A stretch of 64,000 bases of DNA from Octopus vulgaris (Eukaryota). The notes under the pieces are model-generated. The model searched no databases. It was not told the DNA's origin and saw only the letters and a program-made list of their open reading frames with translations. Positions 57,431 to 64,000 of the stretch are shown here, piece after piece. The translations under genes and the position numbers were made by a program. The DNA lies in assembly GCA_951406725.2 (NCBI GenBank), contig OX597818.1, forward strand, positions 83,824,001 to 83,888,000, read 5' to 3'. The stretch's first letter is position 1, and each line of letters starts with the position of its first letter.

Positions 57431-58189
57431 ATATATGTACAGGACAGTTTTCGTCACTGTTTCCGTCTACAAAAATCCACTCTCACGGTTTTGGTCAGCC
57501 TGGGGCTATAAGAGAAAGCAGATGCCTGAGATGCAGCAAAATACAATTTAGCATAAAATCATATTGCTGCTAAACGAGCCACTTAATCTCACGGCTACTC
57601 CTGCACCAAATATCAGAGTATCTTTAAAAAAAAAAAGTGATAATTTCAATGAATATAAAATAAGATTTTATATATTACAAAAATAAAGAATGGAGTGATA
57701 ATATTAAAAGATCGATAGTTAATTGACTTCGTCGACTACTTCACAGGGGAGCAATGCCGGGATACAAATGGAGGGACAGTCCGCATCTTTGATCAGTAGT
57801 CTATTACTTTACTGACTTGAACAGCAAGTGAGTCGTGTGCTATGAGTTTCATAAAATATTGATGCAGACATACATATTATTGAAACCCTAAATAATATAT
57901 GAGTTACCGATCTGTACTATTCTGTACATTGATATGATAAAGTATTAATCGATACGTTGTATGGAGGAGAAGGATGGAGTTAGAGGCAGTCTGGTATTTC
58001 TCAGTCTCAATATACACTTTCAACTTTTGCCCGCCAAATAAATGTCTACCCGGTATATTGCAATACACAGCACACAACACAGATAACCTTTAATAGATAT
58101 TTTCGCGCTATTCTTCTCTCGTTCTCCATATTTGTTTCTTCCTTTCACCATTTTATTCTTTCTTTCAATATTTTTATATCATTGTTATT

Positions 58190-58196
58190 CTTGTTG

Positions 58197-58263
<67 letters not shown>

Positions 58264-58272
58264 TACTACTAC

Positions 58273-58326
<54 letters not shown>

Positions 58327-58349
58327 TACTATTATTATTATTATTATTA

Positions 58350-58400
<51 letters not shown>

Positions 58401-58470
58401 AAAGGAATCATCATCATCATCATCATCATTATCATCATCGTCATTTGCTGCTGTTATTGTTGTTGTTGTA
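58190..58470. repeat. (TAT)n/(TAC)n/(CAT)n microsatellite
   Basis: Directly visible. Confidence 0.95.
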
Positions 58471-59728
58471 TCATATCTTTTACCAATTTTATTAAGAGAG
58501 TAACCTCAATCATTTTAGCTCCCCTTACCTTGGTAAACTAAAAAGAACTTTCTAGAGTTCATATTGCTTTATATTGCTTGTTTGGTCTATGACTACCACA
58601 AGAGATTACTCTAATCTATAGGGAGTTACTGCTTTCGTTCTTCTTTATTTGCTTGTTAGTTTTCCTCCTCTCCCCCTCTCTCCCCCTCTCTCCCCCTCTC
58701 TCTCCGACTCGTAGTAGATATGTGTTGCTTTTTTAAGAATGGAAAGGAAAGAAAAACATACTAAGGTATAAACTCATAAATATCTACGAAAATAATTGGA
58801 AAAAATATAGTAAAAACACATTTAGAAAAAATAAAAACAAGAAATTATACACTGACGGTTTCTACTTCTTTTATCTTTATTTTTATTTTATAATAGTACA
58901 TTTTATTTTTGTTCTACAGCTATCAACATACATTTATAAACACCTACAGGGTATTTCATTTAGCAAAATTAATTGCTTTATTGTTATATTTTTTCAACAC
59001 CATAACACATATTCATTTCACCACCATAACATAATTATAATATATCTATCACAGTCGCCGTAACAACTCTCACAAAACCGCCATTTTTATTTTCCACAAA
59101 TTTTAACGACTTCCATGTATCCATACATAGTTTTTCCTTCTTTTCGCTCTTCTTTGTAGAAAAAAAAATATTTCTACTAACCCCATGTATGTTGCTTTTT
59201 GTTTCATTAAAGCCACTAGCCAGGTGTTGGTATCTGTCTCTCCGTACCTAATTAATTTTCAATAATTCCATGAAATTCTCTTCCATACGAATATATTTAC
59301 ATTTTCGTCTTCTCCTTCTCTTCGATCTTCTCCCACTCGAACACAGACTTTACTTGAAGGCTATCTCTAACTTCAATTATATCAGTCTGCGTTCCTTCAT
59401 TTAATCAAACAAATATAAAGAGTAGTAGTAGTAGTAGTAGTAGTAGTATTTGTTACTGTAGTTCTGTAGATAGTGGAAATAGTTGTGGAAGCCCTTTAGC
59501 TGAATGCTTTATTGAGATGTGATGTTTTGTATCTTTTCTGGATTCACTTCTTACAGTAGCTTTCTGAATGAGTCGGTATGTGCCAGCATGCGTTTCTCTG
59601 TGTGTGCGTGTGTGTGTGTGTGGGGGGGGGTCTTTGCACGTGTATGTGAATGAGGGGATTCCCAGCAAAATATACGCATACATAAATTTCCTTCCTTCTC
59701 TTTCTATGTATGTATGTATGTATGTACG

Positions 59729-59779
<51 letters not shown>

Positions 59780-59946
59780 ATATATATATATATATATATA
59801 TAGATATAGATATATATATATACATACATACATACATACCTACATACATACATACATGCGTACATACATACATACATACATACATACATACATACATACA
59901 TACATACATACATACATACATACATACATACATACATTCATACATT

Positions 59947-60811
59947 CAGGGTGTGTGAAAAGTAAATACGCATTAAAAATTGGTCATTAAGTCCATGTTC
60001 CTTTTACAAATTTATTGAAACAAGTGGTAAATGTTCTTTATTACACGGGAAAATGAAAGTAAATCTTCATATTTCAAAGTAAGCACCGGTGGCTTTTAAA
60101 TATGGCCAGCTTCCTCAAACGGCTAGGGATTGAGTGAACAAACCTTCTGAAGAACGTCGTCTGGGATAATCATTGAGAACCTCCTGAATCTGTGTCCCCA
60201 AGACCTCCAGTGTGTGAAATTTTGTCCTGTACACCTCTTTTGTGTAACTCCACAGGTAAAAATCATATGGAGTGAGATCTGGACTTCTGGACTTCTGCGG
60301 TCACAGTCTTCAGGATTTAGCTGTTGCACGTAATGGGGTTTCCACAGACAAAAATTGAATACTTTATGCAACACCGTACGTATTGTGTATCTTGTTAGTC
60401 CATTTTCTCGAGTTACTTGACGGGTTCATTTTCGCGGTGTACAATTAGACATTTCCTGTACTGTTACCACGATCTCAACTGATCGGGATGTGGTTGAACA
60501 GTCAATTCTTGAATCGTTCACAGAGCCTCTGGTCATCAGATTTGCATGACAACTTTTAATTCCCACGATGTAGTGTTGCATACTTAACTTTCCATGCACA
60601 CCACCATCTCTGAACCAAAACAATGGAATTCCACACTTCATAGCTTGCTGCTTTCTTACCTCGCCCCTGAACAGTCAAATGACCAGCCATGTGAAAAATA
60701 AGAAATAAGACAAATTAGAAAATAAAAAAAAAATTGTTTTCGTCATGACTTCAGTGATATTAAAATTTCTATAAGCAATTTCTAATGCCTTGTTACTTTC
60801 CACCCACACTG
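59947..60811 (-). mobile_element. Internally deleted Tc1/mariner element, rosa/DD41D-like
   Basis: 36-bp TIRs CAGGGTGTGTGAAAAGTAAATACGCATTAAAAATTG / CAATTTCTAATGCCTTGTTACTTTCCACCCACACTG; peptides WKPHYVQQLNPEDCDRR and SPDLTPYDFYLW. Confidence 0.85.
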
Positions 60812-60818
60812 TATATAT

Positions 60819-60890
<72 letters not shown>

Positions 60891-60985
60891 GCAGGAAGTA
60901 AATAGACACATTTACTTTTCAAAATATTTTATTTAATACGCAAAGCGAACAATTGAAATGTAATCGAATGGTAGGACTACATACT

Positions 60986-61962
60986 TTAGTATTTAGTTGA
61001 CATTCCCTTTGCAGTTTTTAATTCAGAGTCTCTTTTTGGCATTGAACTGATGAGCTTTGTGATTGTCTCTTGTGGAATTTCTGCCCACTTTTCATCTTTA
61101 GATGTAGGTTTCTGTCGAGTTTTTCGTATAGCTCTATCTAGTATTCTCCAAAGATTTTCAATTGGGTTCATGTCAGGAGATTAGCTCGGCCAAGGAAGCT
61201 TTTTGATCCCATTTTCAGTCAACCATTGTTGATTCCCATCTTCCACGTATAAAAGCTCATTTTTCGTTATGTTATCGTGTGAATACAACTAAAGTAGTCC
61301 TTGCTTAAGTATTTCAATGTATATTTCAGGGTTTATGATTCCAACACATTCGATCAGCTGAGAACGACCATTGCTGGTGACAGCTCCCCATACCATTACA
61401 GAGATACTGCTATGCTCCACAGTTGGTTGGAGTCGTTTCAAATCAAATTCTTGATTGGGAAGCCTCCAGACCCAAACACATGCACTGTCTGAAAATTATG
61501 CAAATCTGGATTCATCTAAGAAAATCACTCTATGTCAAAGTGAACTGGATTGTTCTGATATCTCCTCAGCCCATTTCTTTCTTTTCATCATATTAATTAG
61601 TTGAAGGAGAGGTTTTCTTCTAGCTGCTCGTCCATAATATCCAAGCTTATGCAGATATGTAACACACATTCTTGGACTAACTTCAAGCTGCTTTGCAATG
61701 TAAGAAGCCTTCAAGCAAGGTTCGTTTTCCACAATTCTCTTCAAACAGCGAAGCTTCCTTTCCGAAGGCCCAGGTCGGCTGGGTTGAGAATCTGTTGATT
61801 CCTGTCCTTGACTTTTGAATTGCACTATAATTCTATTAACAGCAGCAAGAGGAATTTGAAGATTTCCGGCGATATTTCGCTGGATAAGACCATCCTCAGA
61901 TTGCCCAACAATACGACTTCTTTGAAAATCTGACTGTTCTGCTGAATTTTTGTGCGTGCCAT
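60986..61962 (-). pseudogene. Tc1 (DD34E-type) transposase pseudogene
   Basis: Paired-like [31 protein letters not shown], and WPS*SPDMNPIENLW..TKY*; frameshifts and stops. Confidence 0.9.
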
Positions 61963-62149
61963 GGTTACTCTTCAAAATATAATGGTACCTGGAATGAAAA
62001 AGAATAATTACATTGTAAATTCTACACCGCTGAAAACATATTAAGACGCTTAATGGGAAAATTAATTTGAAAATTAAAGGTGTCTCTTTACCTCCTGCAT
62101 ATCTATGTATATATATATTCGCCCAAATCATTTGCCATGCTGAGCCGCT

Positions 62150-62330
62150 GAAATCTACAAGTTTTTTTCATTCTCTGTCTGTTAATTTTCTCTTATTCCT
62201 TTCTAATGAAGAGCGTAGGCACGGAACATAAAATATTTTTTCATTCTCCCGAGCGTCAAACTAATACATTTGCTTGTTGCTCATACACCTCTCTTCATCT
62301 TTTGTTTTGCTATAAACTTCAACTATGTAT
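62150..62330 (+). mobile_element. PLE terminal-repeat fragment (family B), degenerate hammerhead at 62199-62233
   Basis: CTTT-CTAATGA-A-GAGC-gtag-GCAC-GGAA-CA-T-A-AAAT; downstream GAGCGTCAAACTAATACA shared with other copies. Confidence 0.65.
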
Positions 62331-62465
62331 ATTCTTTTACTTGTTTCAGTCATTTGACTGTGGTCATGCTGGGGTACCACCTTTAGTCGAAAAAAATCGA
62401 CCTTAGGACTTCTTCTTTGTAAGCCTAGTACTTATTTTATCGATTACGGAGACGTAAGCACATGC

Positions 62466-62521
<56 letters not shown>

Positions 62522-62904
62522 GTATATATATATATGTATGTATGTATGTATGTATATATGTATATATATATATTAGATTTTAATAGGGTATAAATTTTGA
62601 GTATTTCCAGAGAAGCACTGAATCCGAATTCCGGGCTATCAACACCGAATGCCAAAATTCTTTAAGTGTAGGAAATCCTAGTTTCACGATCGTAACAGTG
62701 TTGTGTGGGTTTAGCAAAGACTAAATTATAAAGCAAATGATAACAAAACAGAAAAATTCTTTAATACATCATTAATTGTTTCTGCACCAACCCTATTTGG
62801 AACGACAGATTTGGGATTACACACACACAAACACACAAATACATATTCATACATGTGTGTATGTATATATACATAGATACATATGTGTGTGTGTGTGTGT
62901 TTTT

Positions 62905-62943
<39 letters not shown>

Positions 62944-63074
62944 ATGTGTGGAAGCTCAGTGTCATATGATAGAATGTTGCACTCTCGATCTTAAGATTGT
63001 AGTCTTGACTGCTGAACCTCAGCAATGCCTCTGGCTCCTCAGCAAAACACTTCACGTTGCTCCGGACCACAGAG

Positions 63075-63139
<65 letters not shown>

Positions 63140-63376
63140 ACACACACACATACACACACACACACATGCACACGCACACATATATACGGCAATAAGAATA
63201 TTGAGGGGATCAAGAGATGGTATTCGTCAAAGTTTAGACTTTATATTATGTTTATTTATTTAAAAATAAAAACAATTATAACAATATACATACATGTATA
63301 ACATTATTCTTTACATATATAAAAATATCAGTAATTATTTAAATATATAATGTAGAACATAGAAAGTAGAATAGTT

Positions 63377-63498
63377 TCTTACAGCTGTTTCAGCCAAGAG
63401 GTCATAGTACCCCACTTTACTTCCATTCCTTCAGTGAACTGAAGTATTTGGTAGGTAAAATTAAGGTACTTGTGTGTGTCTCTGGGCTTCGTCAGAGA
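63377..63498 (-). ncRNA. Hammerhead ribozyme motif (family C), canonical core, ~89-nt loop II
   Basis: Minus strand TCT-CTGACGA-AGCC...GGCT-GAAA-CAGCTG-T-A-AGA. Confidence 0.6.
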
Positions 63499-63587
63499 GT
63501 TTAGAAAGTTCATAAGGTTAAGTTATAAATATAAATACACACATATATACACATATATACACACTATGCATATGTATACAACGGAAT

Positions 63588-63629
<42 letters not shown>

Positions 63630-64000
63630 AAGAGAGAGAGATGCATGCATACACATATACATACATACATACATACATACAGTGATTTGTATACATACAC
63701 TCGCAGGCGGACACATACACACACATATGTATAGAACATTCTAGGTGTGCGAATTTGTTTCTACAAATACCAGTAAAATACTGAGGGTGGACCTTCTTCG
63801 ATTTATACCCTAACAACTAAGCTTGAGGCTTTTTAACTACGTATCGTATAAGAATTTCTATGACACTATAACTTCATTCACTGCAACCAGGTGGCGGTTT
63901 TCATCTTAAAACTTTAGAAGTATTTCCTCTCTTCACAATGAAGCTTCACCTGTCTATAGAAATGGAGTTCCATTACTTTGTATGTGTATGCGCGCATGTG

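Noticed and set aside
61047-61053. CTGATGA
   Set aside because: Inside the Tc1 transposase remnant with no accompanying helices

Overview
AT-rich, microsatellite-saturated eukaryotic DNA. The SINE families and repeat density point to a coleoid cephalopod, most likely Octopus (inference from recognised repeat types). No intact protein-coding gene is evident, and most ORF-track entries are microsatellite artefacts. The window holds three abundant tRNA-derived SINE families, decayed R4/Dong non-LTR retrotransposons, Tc1/mariner (DD34E, DD41D-like), pogo and hAT remnants with MITEs, and a Helitron end. It also holds several Penelope-like element (PLE) GIY-YIG remnants (Neptune-, Poseidon- and Naiad-like). 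The most notable signal is about a dozen minimal type-I hammerhead-ribozyme-like motifs (CUGANGA...GAAA-palindrome-UH) from several unrelated repeat families, often in inverted fold-backs. One family joins a tRNA-like Pol III head, an (AAT)n linker and a hammerhead tail, which suggests a PLE-mobilised, ribozyme-bearing SINE. There is also a perfect 104-bp spacerless palindrome and a few weak candidate host exons. All calls are by eye and coordinates of degenerate repeats are approximate.
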